Below, one piece after another: positions 33,229-43,554 of a stretch of 64,000 nt of DNA. The DNA lies in contig CAZOCC010000006.1 of the NCBI GenBank assembly GCA_964578255.1, forward strand, positions 4,923 through 68,922. Direction: 5' to 3'. The translations under genes and the position numbers were made by a program. The notes under the pieces are model-generated. The model was not told the origin of the DNA. It searched no databases and saw only the letters and a list, made by a program, of their open reading frames with translations. The stretch's first letter is position 1. The number at the start of each line of letters is the position of its first letter. The stretch is from an uncultured Dehalococcoidia bacterium. Lineage in GTDB: Bacteria; Chloroflexota; Dehalococcoidia; Lucifugimonadales; UBA2985.

Positions 33229-34506
33229 TTATTTGATGTGGTCTGTATTTACGAGACTCATGACTACGACTGCGCATATAGGTAGTACTCCCATCAACAT
33301 AATGCCGGTGCCAAACTCGCCCATAAAGCCTTGAGCCATGGCTAACGGCAATGGACCTAAAGCAGAAGCAGCTATCATTATCATATTGGCCGATCCCTGT
33401 ACTCTACCCAGTCTGTGTCTGCCATAATAATGTGCCCAAAGTACATTGGATACCAACTGCCCAGTTCCGTTACTGGTCCCCAGTATTACTGAGTACAATA
33501 AAGCTAATGGCAGAGAGTCGACGAATCCTATAACAACAATGCTAGTAACCAGAAGAATCATGGCTACGTAAAAAAGCCTTTTCGGCCCAAATCTATCGGC
33601 AATAAATCCAGATGACACAGATGCCACCACCGCCGAAATGGAGAGCGGCAAAAAAGCAGCTGCAGCTACTGTAGCTGACATACCGAGTTCAGAAAATATC
33701 GCGGCTTGATGGAAGACCAATGCGGTAGATACAAAGGATGGGGTTGATAAAGGTAATGCCAGTCCCCAAAAAGTAGTGGATGTCAGGATTTTCCTGCGAT
33801 CGTCCCCAACAATGTTAAGGACGGTGTCCTCTTCTGGCGAGTCGACGGACCCATCAGGATACAAGCCCATTTCCTCAGGGGTATTCCGTAAGAATATCAT
33901 TGCCACAGGCACGACTAGGAGCCAAATAAACACTCCCAAAAACACGTAAGCCATGCGCCAACCCAAACCATCTATCAAAGTTCTTGATAATATGGGCATT
34001 AATGCCATTGAAAAAGAAAATCCCAGCAGCATAACTGCCATGGCACGACCCCTAATGCGCACAAACCACTGGGCTGTTAACAACGTAGCATTTATAGGAA
34101 TGGATCCTTGGCCAAATGCTCTAAGTGCCATGAATGCTACAAAAAACGCCAACCACCATGTAGCAAAACCCATGCCAATACAGGTAAGGGTGAGGCACGT
34201 GACAGTTATTACAACCATCATCCTAGGGCCAAACTTATCGGCCATGCGACTTACAATCATAACCGTGGCAGCACTGATACCAGTTCCTACAGCATACAAA
34301 ACAGATATATCAGTCCTTGATAAACCAGAATCCGCTATCATTGAATCTATGAATACCGAAAATGTGTAAGACTGACCAGGACCTGAACTGAAGGCCACCA
34401 AAGAGGCAATCCCGACAATTATCCAACCGTAGAAAATCGGTCTATTTGATAATAAATGCACGAGCAGCATTATATCCTTAAGGCACTTCCAATGAAACCA
34501 CCACAA
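33229..34506 (-). CDS. MFS transporter
   Basis: About 12 predicted TM helices. The N-terminus PIFYGWIIVG is paralogous in pattern to the MFS at 59093 (IFFGWWIVAGG). The start is probably internal. Confidence 0.8.
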   Translation of the reverse strand: MWWFHWKCLKDIMLLVHLLSNRPIFYGWIIVGIASLVAFSSGPGQSYTFSVFIDSMIADSGLSRTDISVLYAVGTGISAATVMIVSRMADKFGPRMMVVITVTCLTLTCIGMGFATWWLAFFVAFMALRAFGQGSIPINATLLTAQWFVRIRGRAMAVMLLGFSFSMALMPILSRTLIDGLGWRMAYVFLGVFIWLLVVPVAMIFLRNTPEEMGLYPDGSVDSPEEDTVLNIVGDDRRKILTSTTFWGLALPLSTPSFVSTALVFHQAAIFSELGMSATVAAAAFLPLSISAVVASVSSGFIADRFGPKRLFYVAMILLVTSIVVIGFVDSLPLALLYSVILGTSNGTGQLVSNVLWAHYYGRHRLGRVQGSANMIMIAASALGPLPLAMAQGFMGEFGTGIMLMGVLPICAVVVMSLVNTDHIK

Positions 34507-34540
34507 GTAATGGTTGCAACAAACCAGCTCAATAAGTTAT

Positions 34541-34586
34541 TTACAAAACACAAGGGCAGGGGCGACCAAATGGTCACTCCTGCCCT
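34541..34586 (-). terminator. rho-independent terminator downstream of the proX-like gene
   Basis: Minus strand has an 8-bp stem AGGGCAGG/CCTGCCCT (34553-34586), followed by UGUGUUUUGU. Confidence 0.6.
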
Positions 34587-34612
34587 CATAATGATCTTAG
34601 GTTACACCCCAA

Positions 34613-35887
34613 CTATGCTTCTTTAGTTGCGGCCTCCTTGGCAAGTTGAGCATCAACCTTAGCAATTATGTCAGCCGCTAAAGTCTGGTCTGCATTAGAA
34701 TCAAGGATCCACTGTGACCAAACTGGCTTATTCTCTCTGAGATACTTGATCGCCACATCTATCCACTCAACATCCGCTGCCATCTTGTACGATTCTGCCT
34801 CTGCCAAAGGCTTAGGCGCTACGTAGTAATTGGCAAGAAACTCAACTATATGAGGCTGCCTCTTGTAGAAGTCTGCATTCACTGTTGTGTGTGCATCACC
34901 TATTGGGAAGCCACATCCAATCTCAGACTCATAAGGCTCTTCTGCCACAGCAGCACTAATGGCATCATCGCACTCCTTGTTCCACTTCGGCTCCTCTAAC
35001 ATGATTAAATCACGCAGATTCACCACATCTGTGGGCTGCCAGTAGTAGGAAACAAAAGGTTCCCCAGCTTCATAAGGACCAACTACAGCTGCCTTAAGAG
35101 CTGCTGATCCTCCAGGCTCTATGATATTAAAATCATCATAAAGTCCATATGCATGAGCTTTCGCTCTAATTATCTTCTGGCATTCCCAACCAAGTATGCA
35201 GTTATATATCGCTCCCTTGGACGGGTCATTAGGATCAGCAAACAGATCCTTGTACTGGGCAAGATCATCCACATGCTTGAGATCAGGTGCAGTTGCCTCT
35301 ATACCACGGGCTGCATCACCCTCCACCATGTATCTCGGCACATAGAAACCTTGTCCTGCAACAGCAATAGTCTGTCCCTTGGTTCCTGACGGCAACATCT
35401 CCTGAGGATCAGTTGTGCCAGCCAAGTCTATAAGTGCACCCGAAGTAGTGTGCTCGTTATACCACTCCGGTATGTTCATCCTCCATGTTTCCATGTTTAC
35501 ATGAACATCTCCCTCGATAAGGGTCAGCTTCATCGTACCGGTAGTACCCTGTACTTCCTGGGTATCATATTCATAACCATTCTCTAGAATGTACCTGACA
35601 ATCGCCAGATGTACCCAGTTGCTTCCCCACTGACCATCATGGAACATGATGGTTTCTTTCTCCATATACCCATCCACCACTTCAACGACCTCTTCGACAG
35701 CCTCAACAGGAACCGGAGTCATAGTAGGTGCAAAAGAAGCCCCTCCAGACGATGTTGGCACCGGTAAAGCGGTCGGCTTAGGGTCACCGCCTCCGCAGGC
35801 CAATCCAAACAGGACCATACTCATCAGGCCCATTGTCATAAACAATCCTAATATTCGAACCTTGATATTACCTATTCTCATATCCAT
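34613..35887 (-). CDS. proX: quaternary-amine (glycine betaine/TMAO-type) ABC transporter substrate-binding lipoprotein
   Basis: Signal peptide with lipobox FGLACGG. NCILGWECQKIIRAKAHAYGL parallels E. coli ProX [20 protein letters not shown]. Trp-rich ligand-box region (WGSNW, YYWQP). Confidence 0.8.
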   Translation of the reverse strand: MDMRIGNIKVRILGLFMTMGLMSMVLFGLACGGGDPKPTALPVPTSSGGASFAPTMTPVPVEAVEEVVEVVDGYMEKETIMFHDGQWGSNWVHLAIVRYILENGYEYDTQEVQGTTGTMKLTLIEGDVHVNMETWRMNIPEWYNEHTTSGALIDLAGTTDPQEMLPSGTKGQTIAVAGQGFYVPRYMVEGDAARGIEATAPDLKHVDDLAQYKDLFADPNDPSKGAIYNCILGWECQKIIRAKAHAYGLYDDFNIIEPGGSAALKAAVVGPYEAGEPFVSYYWQPTDVVNLRDLIMLEEPKWNKECDDAISAAVAEEPYESEIGCGFPIGDAHTTVNADFYKRQPHIVEFLANYYVAPKPLAEAESYKMAADVEWIDVAIKYLRENKPVWSQWILDSNADQTLAADIIAKVDAQLAKEAATKEA

Positions 35888-36151
35888 TTGCCTCCTATTT
35901 CCCTTACAGGGACATCACGTATTCGAAACCGAAAATACAATCCTGGCACATTGAGATTAGCCAAGATGATCAACAGATTCGTATTAATGCCGAATTCTTC
36001 ACCTCCCAAGATCTTCGGGCTACCACATACACATCACAAACATAAAATCTATTTCAGTGTACTTATTGGATAATTTACAATCCGATTACGGAAACAGACC
36101 GCAAGGATGGTAATAAGCTGGTGAGGTCTGGGCAACAGCCTCATTCTTTTT

Positions 36152-36180
36152 TAACTATTAAAAATACCGTTTTCAAACGG
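36152..36180 (-). terminator. weak candidate terminator after the queA / small-ORF unit
   Basis: Minus strand CCGUU-UGAA-AACGG followed by UAUUUUUAAU. The stem is short (5 bp). Confidence 0.35.
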
Positions 36181-36232
36181 ACCTGTACACCCTAAGTGGT
36201 TTAAGGTCTGGTGTCAACCCCTCAATACGTCG

Positions 36233-36418
36233 TTATATTGCGCCTATGATCGCAATAACGCCGATATATGGCATAATTAGGTATATGTTGCGTCGGGAAC
36301 CAACATTATGCCATGAATACATGTGTTTTTCCGGCATCTTTCCACAATTAACCTGAGCAGGTATGGCACCAAGATAGGAATAAATATCCAGTGAGTCATG
36401 CCTAATTACTTGATTCAT
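36233..36418 (-). CDS. hypothetical small protein (61 aa) with a hydrophobic C-terminus
   Basis: ORF begins 18 nt after the queA stop. The C-terminus is IYLIMPYIGVIAIIGAI. No recognisable family, so coding status is uncertain. Confidence 0.25.
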   Translation of the reverse strand: MNQVIRHDSLDIYSYLGAIPAQVNCGKMPEKHMYSWHNVGSRRNIYLIMPYIGVIAIIGAI

Positions 36419-36435
36419 CTAACCAGAATGACGCG

Positions 36436-37497
36436 TTAAGATATAAACATGCAATCACCGAAACTATAAAACCGGTACCCTGTTGATTTGGCCTCTTCAT
36501 ATGCTTTGGTTAATAGGTTAAGACCAGATTTATTAGACACAGCATTACCCATAAAGGCGGCAACTAGCATCAATAAGCTGGATTTTGGTAAATGGAAATT
36601 CGTTATCAATCCACTGGCAACTTGGAATTTGTGCCCTGGTAATATGAACAGGTCAGCCCATCCGGATTGTGGTTGTAGTGCATGTTGATTTTTATGGCTG
36701 GCATTAACCGCTACTTGTTCCAGAACCCTCATGGTTGTAGTGCCCACACAGATTATTCTTCTATCCTCATTTTGGGCTGCGTTCACTTGTTTCGCAGCCA
36801 GATCACCGAATTCGAAATACTCCGAATGGATTTTATGGCTTAAAGGATCATCAACTTCCATCGGCTTAAAAGTGTCCAACCCTACATGCAACATGACACT
36901 AGTCAATTCCACGCCTTTCAGCCGTAAAATCTCCAACAATTCCGTGGTGAAATGTAATCCCGCTGTTGGAGCGGCGGCACTACCCTCGGTCTTTGCATAC
37001 ACGGTTTGATATCTGTCAGGATTCGCAAGAGGTGTCTTAATATAAGGAGGTAGAGGAATCTCACCAACATTCCTTATGACTTTCTCATCATCAAGATGTA
37101 TAACTTTTGTTCCGTCTCCCGGGTCATCAACCACCCATCCAGCTACGCCATTGATATCGAAATATTCTCCCTCAACAAGGCGTTTACCGGGCTTCACCAA
37201 AGCTTTCCATGTACCAGGCCCAATGTTATTAAGCAGCAGTATCTCTATTCTGCCTCCCGAGGGTACCCTATGTCCCTTTAGCCTGGCTGGAATAACTCTA
37301 CTATCATTGACCACCAGCAGATCTCCTGGTTTTAGCAAGTCAACTATGTTATAAAAAAACTGGTGATCCAATGTTCGTGTAACCCGATCAACCGACATTA
37401 GCCTTGAACTGTCTCGGGGTTCCACTGGTGATTGGGCTATCATATCTTGTGGTAAATAATAGTCGAAATCACTTGTGCGCATGTTGTTTGAAATCAC
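36436..37497 (-). CDS. queA: S-adenosylmethionine:tRNA ribosyltransferase-isomerase
   Basis: 353 aa. SDFDYYLPQDMIAQ, IPLPPYIK and GLHFT. Confidence 0.95.
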   Translation of the reverse strand: MISNNMRTSDFDYYLPQDMIAQSPVEPRDSSRLMSVDRVTRTLDHQFFYNIVDLLKPGDLLVVNDSRVIPARLKGHRVPSGGRIEILLLNNIGPGTWKALVKPGKRLVEGEYFDINGVAGWVVDDPGDGTKVIHLDDEKVIRNVGEIPLPPYIKTPLANPDRYQTVYAKTEGSAAAPTAGLHFTTELLEILRLKGVELTSVMLHVGLDTFKPMEVDDPLSHKIHSEYFEFGDLAAKQVNAAQNEDRRIICVGTTTMRVLEQVAVNASHKNQHALQPQSGWADLFILPGHKFQVASGLITNFHLPKSSLLMLVAAFMGNAVSNKSGLNLLTKAYEEAKSTGYRFYSFGDCMFIS

Positions 37498-37571
37498 TCA
37501 CCTCTACCAAATACCAAATAACAAACAGTGACGACATAAAATGCAATGCCAAACTCTCCTGGCCTCAATCC

Positions 37572-38459
37572 TTAAGAGGGCATACTGTTTTTCGCTGCTT
37601 TAACTGTGTTGACCAACAACATCGCTACCGTCATGGGTCCCACCCCACCTGGCACAGGAGTTATAGCTGCCGCCTTTTCAGACACTGATTGGAATTCAAC
37701 GTCCCCTTCCATACGGTATCCGCGTTTCCTAGAGGCGTCTGGAACCCTGTTAATACCAACGTCTATAACAACCACTCCGTCTTTCACCATATCAGCAGTA
37801 ATTGAGTTCGCTCGACCCATAGCTACGACCAGTATGTCTGCGGAACGCGTTATATCGCTCAAGTTCTTAGTGCCAGTGTGACACACAGTTACAGTAGCGT
37901 TTGCCCCATGCATCTTTTGTAACATCATGACAGCTACTGGCTTACCTACTATGGCGCTTCTTCCGCAAACCACAAGATGTTTTCCACTAGGATCAAAACC
38001 TGTCCGCATAAGAAGTTGCTGAACACCTCCAGGAGTGCAAGGGACAAATATGGGATTCCCTTCAAGAAGCCAACCGAGATTGGCCGGATGTAGGCCATCC
38101 ACATCCTTGGCAGGATCCATTGTAAGTATAACTGCACGTTCATCAACTTGAGGAGGCAAAGGCAATTGGATGAGTATCCCGTGAAAACGCTCATCACTGT
38201 TAAGATGCTGAACTAATGCCACTATTTTCTCTTGGGTTATCGACTCATCCAACCTGAAAGTTTCCGTGTATATGCCGGCTTCATTACATGCCCGTTCCTT
38301 GTTACGAACATATACCGCAGATGCAGGGTCATCGCCAACCAACAAAACCGCAAGCCCGGGGGTTATGCCATTTTTGATCTGCAGTTCACGCACATCCTCT
38401 GCGGCTTCACTACGTATTTCTTGACTTATTTTAAGGCCATCTATGATAATTGCGCTCAA
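37572..38459 (-). CDS. folD: bifunctional methylenetetrahydrofolate dehydrogenase/cyclohydrolase
   Basis: VGDDPASAVYVRNK, CGRSAIVGKPV and PGGVGPMT. The likely start is the TTG at 38459, 6 nt after AGGAGA. The ORF track extends to 38501. Confidence 0.95.
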   Translation of the reverse strand: MSAIIIDGLKISQEIRSEAAEDVRELQIKNGITPGLAVLLVGDDPASAVYVRNKERACNEAGIYTETFRLDESITQEKIVALVQHLNSDERFHGILIQLPLPPQVDERAVILTMDPAKDVDGLHPANLGWLLEGNPIFVPCTPGGVQQLLMRTGFDPSGKHLVVCGRSAIVGKPVAVMMLQKMHGANATVTVCHTGTKNLSDITRSADILVVAMGRANSITADMVKDGVVVIDVGINRVPDASRKRGYRMEGDVEFQSVSEKAAAITPVPGGVGPMTVAMLLVNTVKAAKNSMPS

Positions 38460-38736
38460 GCATGATCTCCTAATATTATAGTGACCTGGAAATCTTAGCA
38501 CAGGCTTAATCGCCTAACAATGGGAAGCTAGACACCAGAGAGTACTAGAGAATATAATGTCACTCCAATTTGATCTCTAACATTCTGGCACTGGGTGTGA
38601 CAATGCTGAGTCAAATACATAAAGTACTGACAGCCCATCCACCAAAGCTCACAACCCGAATCCGCGCAATCTCTATGTTGATCATGAATATACTGCCTGT
38701 TTTCAAACCAATAAGCTTTGAGGGAAGGACACAATA

Positions 38737-39114
38737 ATGCTGAGCGTGGGAGTGGACATTATAGAGTTGTCCAGGATAAATCAGGTATTGGAACGATGGG
38801 GAACCAGTTTCTTGAATCGGATTTACACGGAACAAGAACAAGAATACTGCAGGGGACGAATACCTCAATTGGCAGCACGTTTTGCTGCGAAGGAGGCTGT
38901 GATGAAGGCATTAGGTACCGGCATCAGAGGTGTCGGCTGGAAAGACATCGAAGTCACCAGGCAAAGAGGTCGTGCTCCTGAAATATCCTTGCACAATCGA
39001 GCAACGTTAAGAGCAGAAAAGATAGGTGTGGTACAAGTGGCAATCAGCCTGTCACATTCAAGAGATTATGCGGTAGCTTCAGTAGTGATGAATGTTGATG
39101 AGAATAGTAACTAA
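38737..39114 (+). CDS. acpS: holo-[acyl-carrier-protein] synthase
   Basis: SVGVDIIEL, FAAKEAVMKALG and ISLSHS. Confidence 0.9.
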   Translation: MLSVGVDIIELSRINQVLERWGTSFLNRIYTEQEQEYCRGRIPQLAARFAAKEAVMKALGTGIRGVGWKDIEVTRQRGRAPEISLHNRATLRAEKIGVVQVAISLSHSRDYAVASVVMNVDENSN

Positions 39115-40666
39115 TGAAGAAATGCGCCACTTAGAGGAGAAATCCATTGCTGATGGTATCTCAGTGGAATCCCTCATGCAAAATGCTGGATTAGCAGTTG
39201 CGCTGCACATCAAGGAAATAACTGGTACCTTATCAAATATCCCAGTACTAGTCCTCATCGGGCCTGGAAACAACGGCGGTGACGGACTGATTGCAGCTGA
39301 TCACTTGAACGAATGGGGCGCAGAAGTAACAGCATACATAGCCCTACCACGCAAGAAATCTGACACGGTAACTGATCCACAAATATCAGGATCACTAACC
39401 ATTATTGAGGCTGAGAATGATCCTGACCTACATAAATTTAGGCTGGCTTTATCAAAATCTCTCATAGTAATAGATGCAATCTTAGGAACTGGTGTATCTA
39501 GGCCTATAACAGGTATCTTGAAGAAATTATTAGTTGCACTGGAACAGGAACATTGCTCCAGATCAGATCTAAACATCATAGCAGTGGATGTACCCACCGG
39601 AGTAAACCCAGACACAGGCGGATGTGACCCGATTGCGCTAACAGCAGATTCCACCATAGCATTGGGCTATCCTAAAGTGGCTACTTTTGCATTCCCTGGA
39701 GCTGAACGTTTTGGGAAATTGCGAATAGCAGATATAGGTATGTATACATCCACCACCGAAGAAACAAAAACCCACCTGATTACTCAAGGTTCAATAAGAC
39801 ATGTGCTCCCTAAAAGGCCCCTAAACTCCCACAAAGGCACATTCGGCAGGGTGCTGGTTGTTGCAGGGTCTTCAAAATACATTGGTGCGGCATGCCTAGC
39901 CTGTGAGGCGGCTGCACGAACTGGAGCGGGGATCGTAACACTAGCAATACCCGAATCTCTCCACACCATAGTTGCATCCAAGCTTACAGAAACAACATAT
40001 TTGATATTACCCGAAAAAAATGGTCAGCTTTTACCCTCAGCAGCTGATTTAATACTCAAAGAGATCGAATACTACGATTCATTCCTTATTGGTTGCGGCA
40101 TAGGCCAAGAGCCTGGCATGGTGCAATTGGTAAAACGCATTTTGTTAGAATCAGGTGAACTTAAAATACCATCGGTGCTGGACGCCGATTGCATAAACAT
40201 AATATCAAGCATGCCTGAATGGTGGTCATTGATTAACGACCAGTCCATCCTTACACCACACGTAGGAGAGATGTCTAGATTGACCGGGAAAACCACCGAC
40301 GAAATTGGTGCCTCACGCATGGACATAACTAAAAACTCAGCATTGGAGTGGCAAAAATCAGTGGTCCTTAAGGGCGCTTTCACCGCTGTAAGCTCTGTTG
40401 ATGGTAGCCTGAGAATAAGTCCGTTCGCAAATCCAGGTCTCTCATCAGCCGGCACGGGTGATGTTCTAGCTGGTTGCATTGCAGGACTGCTAGCACAGGG
40501 CATACCCCCATTCGAAGCCGCTTCATCTGGGGTATTTATCCACGGTTTGGCCGGCGAACGAGTAAAAATGGCAATGGGTGACACCGGCATGATAGCTAGT
40601 GATCTCATACCAATATTGCCTTTGGTGATAAAACACATAAAAGAAGATAATCCAAGGCTGGATTAG
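39092..40666 (+). CDS. nnr: bifunctional NAD(P)H-hydrate epimerase / ADP-dependent dehydratase
   Basis: YjeF_N motif GPGNNGGDG. YjeF_C motifs KGTFGRVLVVAGS and GTGDVLAG. 23-nt overlap with acpS. Confidence 0.9.
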   Translation: MLMRIVTNEEMRHLEEKSIADGISVESLMQNAGLAVALHIKEITGTLSNIPVLVLIGPGNNGGDGLIAADHLNEWGAEVTAYIALPRKKSDTVTDPQISGSLTIIEAENDPDLHKFRLALSKSLIVIDAILGTGVSRPITGILKKLLVALEQEHCSRSDLNIIAVDVPTGVNPDTGGCDPIALTADSTIALGYPKVATFAFPGAERFGKLRIADIGMYTSTTEETKTHLITQGSIRHVLPKRPLNSHKGTFGRVLVVAGSSKYIGAACLACEAAARTGAGIVTLAIPESLHTIVASKLTETTYLILPEKNGQLLPSAADLILKEIEYYDSFLIGCGIGQEPGMVQLVKRILLESGELKIPSVLDADCINIISSMPEWWSLINDQSILTPHVGEMSRLTGKTTDEIGASRMDITKNSALEWQKSVVLKGAFTAVSSVDGSLRISPFANPGLSSAGTGDVLAGCIAGLLAQGIPPFEAASSGVFIHGLAGERVKMAMGDTGMIASDLIPILPLVIKHIKEDNPRLD

Positions 40667-40721
40667 GTTCAGGTTGATGAGTGGAACCATGTTCCTTATA
40701 ATGATGGCTACGAGATAAGAT

Positions 40722-41504
40722 ATGCTACTGGCTATTGATATAGGAAATACAAACATTAATATGGGGGTATTCGATAACGAACACCTCGTGGCTACTTGGC
40801 GCCTGGCCACTGACACCCAGAAATTACCAGATGAGTATGCATTACTGATAAGGAGTCTGCTACCCTTAAAAGGAATAGACACTGACGACATTCAGTCCAT
40901 TTCCATGTGTAGCGTTGTGCCGCCGCTAACCCAGATTTTCCAAGACCTCAGCGAATCGTTTTTCAACATACCAATCTTGGTAGTAGGCACTGGTATAAAG
41001 ACCGGTGTTCGCATCCAGTACGAAAATCCTCGTGATGTAGGTGCTGACCGCATCGTAGACGCAGCTGCTGCATATTCGCTATACGGAGGACCAGTTATAG
41101 TAGTTGATTTCGGCACTGCCACTGTATTTGATGCCATATCCAAAGATGGGGATTACCTGGGCGGTGCAATCGCATCAGGTATTAACCTGACTGCTGAAGC
41201 TCTCTATCAGCGCACCTCACAACTAAGACGAGTGGAGTTAGTTGCTCCAAAAACGGCAATTGGACGAAACACAACAGCAAGCATTCAATCTGGCATACTG
41301 TTCGGACACGTTGGGATGGTTGAAACCATGGTTAATCGGTTCAAGCGTGAAATGGAACCAGGCACCAAGGTTGTCGCTACTGGAGGCATGGCCACGTTAG
41401 TTCATGCACAAACAAGCATTTTCGATATTGTAAATCCGGATCTCACTCTAATAGGCCTACGCCTCATACATAACCTTAACGCCGACACCGTTAACACCAA
41501 ATAA
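40722..41504 (+). CDS. coaX: type III pantothenate kinase
   Basis: MLLAIDIGNTN, VGADRIV and the ATGG motif. Confidence 0.9.
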   Translation: MLLAIDIGNTNINMGVFDNEHLVATWRLATDTQKLPDEYALLIRSLLPLKGIDTDDIQSISMCSVVPPLTQIFQDLSESFFNIPILVVGTGIKTGVRIQYENPRDVGADRIVDAAAAYSLYGGPVIVVDFGTATVFDAISKDGDYLGGAIASGINLTAEALYQRTSQLRRVELVAPKTAIGRNTTASIQSGILFGHVGMVETMVNRFKREMEPGTKVVATGGMATLVHAQTSIFDIVNPDLTLIGLRLIHNLNADTVNTK

Positions 41505-41523
41505 ATCGCGAAATCGGAGCAGA

Positions 41524-42732
41524 ATGGCTAATCCGCTTAATGGATCCAATATAGTACTTGGAGTCACTGGTAGCATTGCCTGCTACAAGGCCGCTGATCT
41601 TGCCAGTAAACTCACACAGCTTGGCGCAGAAGTTAATGTCATACTTAGCCACGGAGCATCAAACTTCATAACTCCGTTGACATTCCGAAGCCTTACTCAC
41701 AGACCTGTCACCACAAACATGTACGACATTGAATCAGAAATGGCTGTGGAGCACGTTGGATTAGCACAACAAGCCGATTTAATACTGATAGCTCCTGCCA
41801 CCGCCAATCTAATCGCAAAGGTTGCACACGGACTCGCGGACGACGCACTGACATCCACAATTTTGGCCACCTCATCGCCTGTGGCAATAGCACCAGCAAT
41901 GGAAACACACATGTACACTAACCCTGCCACCCAAGATAACTTACGCATACTTATAGAAAGAGGCATCGCAATATTAGGACCTGGGGAAGGACGCCTGGCG
42001 TCGGGATCAATGGGCATGGGTAGATTGATAGACGTTCCTGACATAATAGATTCTATATACTCAATCCTTGGAAAGAAGGGGGACCTTGCTGGCAGATCAA
42101 TAGTGGTAAGCGCAGGTGGAACCCAGGAGCCTATAGACCCAGTTAGAGTAATTACCAATCATTCTTCAGGGAAGATGGGATTTGCAATTGCAAAGGCAGC
42201 TCGCGACAGAGGAGCCAATGTAACCCTCATAACAGCACCCACCGCTCTTGCGGACCCAGGAGGCATAACTACAAAACACGTAGTAACTGTGGCAGAAATG
42301 AGAAAAGCAGTATTGGAATCTTGCACTAATGCAAACGCCTTAATAATGGCAGCGGCGGTCAGCGACTACCGACCGGATAATGTGGCTTCGCAGAAGATTA
42401 AGAAGACCAGAGATGATGGAACCCTAGATCTGTCCCTTGTCAAGAATCCTGATTTCTTCCTGGAAGTTCCCGAAGGAGTTCTCCGTATAGGTTTCGCAGC
42501 GGAAAGTGAACACATGCTTGAAAATGCCAAGGAGAAATTGAAAGCTAAGAATATGGCTTTCATTGTAGCCAACGATATCACAGGCACTGACAGCGGATTC
42601 AATGTTGATACCAACAGGGTTTCGATACTTGATAAAAGTGGAGCAATAGAGGAGCTCCCACTTATGACTAAATACGAAGTGGGACACGAAATATTGGACA
42701 GGGTTGCAAAACTGCTATCAAAGACTCCTTGA
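41524..42732 (+). CDS. coaBC: bifunctional phosphopantothenoylcysteine decarboxylase / phosphopantothenate-cysteine ligase
   Basis: Flavoprotein N-domain GVTGSIACYKA. CoaB motifs NHSSGKMG and AAAVSDYRP. Confidence 0.95.
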   Translation: MANPLNGSNIVLGVTGSIACYKAADLASKLTQLGAEVNVILSHGASNFITPLTFRSLTHRPVTTNMYDIESEMAVEHVGLAQQADLILIAPATANLIAKVAHGLADDALTSTILATSSPVAIAPAMETHMYTNPATQDNLRILIERGIAILGPGEGRLASGSMGMGRLIDVPDIIDSIYSILGKKGDLAGRSIVVSAGGTQEPIDPVRVITNHSSGKMGFAIAKAARDRGANVTLITAPTALADPGGITTKHVVTVAEMRKAVLESCTNANALIMAAAVSDYRPDNVASQKIKKTRDDGTLDLSLVKNPDFFLEVPEGVLRIGFAAESEHMLENAKEKLKAKNMAFIVANDITGTDSGFNVDTNRVSILDKSGAIEELPLMTKYEVGHEILDRVAKLLSKTP

Positions 42733-42773
42733 ACTTGACACCTATCAACCTACACCTTTAACCTAATACTCAG

Positions 42774-42848
<75 letters not shown>

Positions 42849-42966
42849 TGCACTTACTCTTTGTGTCTCTGAAGTAAGACACAAAGAACTCCTATTGTGT
42901 GTCGTGGTTTATGTAGCAATCGGAGCAACCACTCCAAAAATATATAGGGAAGTCCAGGAGAATCAC

Positions 42967-43554
42967 ATGAAAATTGGTTTGATTTCCGATACACGTATTG
43001 CAGGCAACTCTGGTGAGGTACCTAGAGAAGTAACCGCCGCGTTTCAAGGCGTAGATCTTATTCTACACGCCGGAGGCATACACACACCCAGGGTATTGGA
43101 TTGGCTGGAACAGATCGCCCCAGTCAAGGCTGTCGGAAGAATTCACGGTGGCCAGGCAGAACGACCCACACCTTTTGCAATGGAGAGCGGGGAGGATCCT
43201 CGGGTTGCAGACCGTCAGATACTACAACTGGAAGGCCATACTATAGGCATGATTAACCACTTGGACTTGCCTTGGTTTAGCGATGACATATTTCCAGGAG
43301 TCATAGAAGCGAGCACCATAACACATGGATATCTGAAAGATATATTGCGGGATTTCTTCGGTGAGCCAATAGATATTGCAGTATTTGGACGGACTCTATA
43401 CCACTTAGTTGAAGAGCATGAAGGAATTCTATTTGTGAATCCTGGCAGCCCGTCATTGCCAAGAAACCTAATGAAGCTGGGCAATGTAGCTATTCTTGAA
43501 TTATCCCCTGGAGCACGGAGCGCCAGCATAATAGAACTTTCCGAGTATTCGTGA
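42967..43554 (+). CDS. YfcE/MJ0936-like calcineurin-fold protein with degenerate metal-binding motifs (probable pseudo-enzyme)
   Basis: ATG at 42967 lies 6 nt after AGGAGA. It is a clear paralog of 52528-53094 (shared LDWLEQIAPV and VNPGS..LPR...G.VAILEL). It carries DTR for DTH, HAGG for HAGD and GRTLY for GHTHY. Confidence 0.7.
   Translation: MKIGLISDTRIAGNSGEVPREVTAAFQGVDLILHAGGIHTPRVLDWLEQIAPVKAVGRIHGGQAERPTPFAMESGEDPRVADRQILQLEGHTIGMINHLDLPWFSDDIFPGVIEASTITHGYLKDILRDFFGEPIDIAVFGRTLYHLVEEHEGILFVNPGSPSLPRNLMKLGNVAILELSPGARSASIIELSEYS

Noticed and set aside
42859-42886. 9-bp hairpin CTTTGTGTC/GACACAAAG right after tRNA-CAU (with an interleaved CTTACT/AGTAAG alternative)
   Set aside because: The structure is real, but no U-tract follows, so I cannot call it a terminator. 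It may be a processing or termination signal, but nothing further can be supported.
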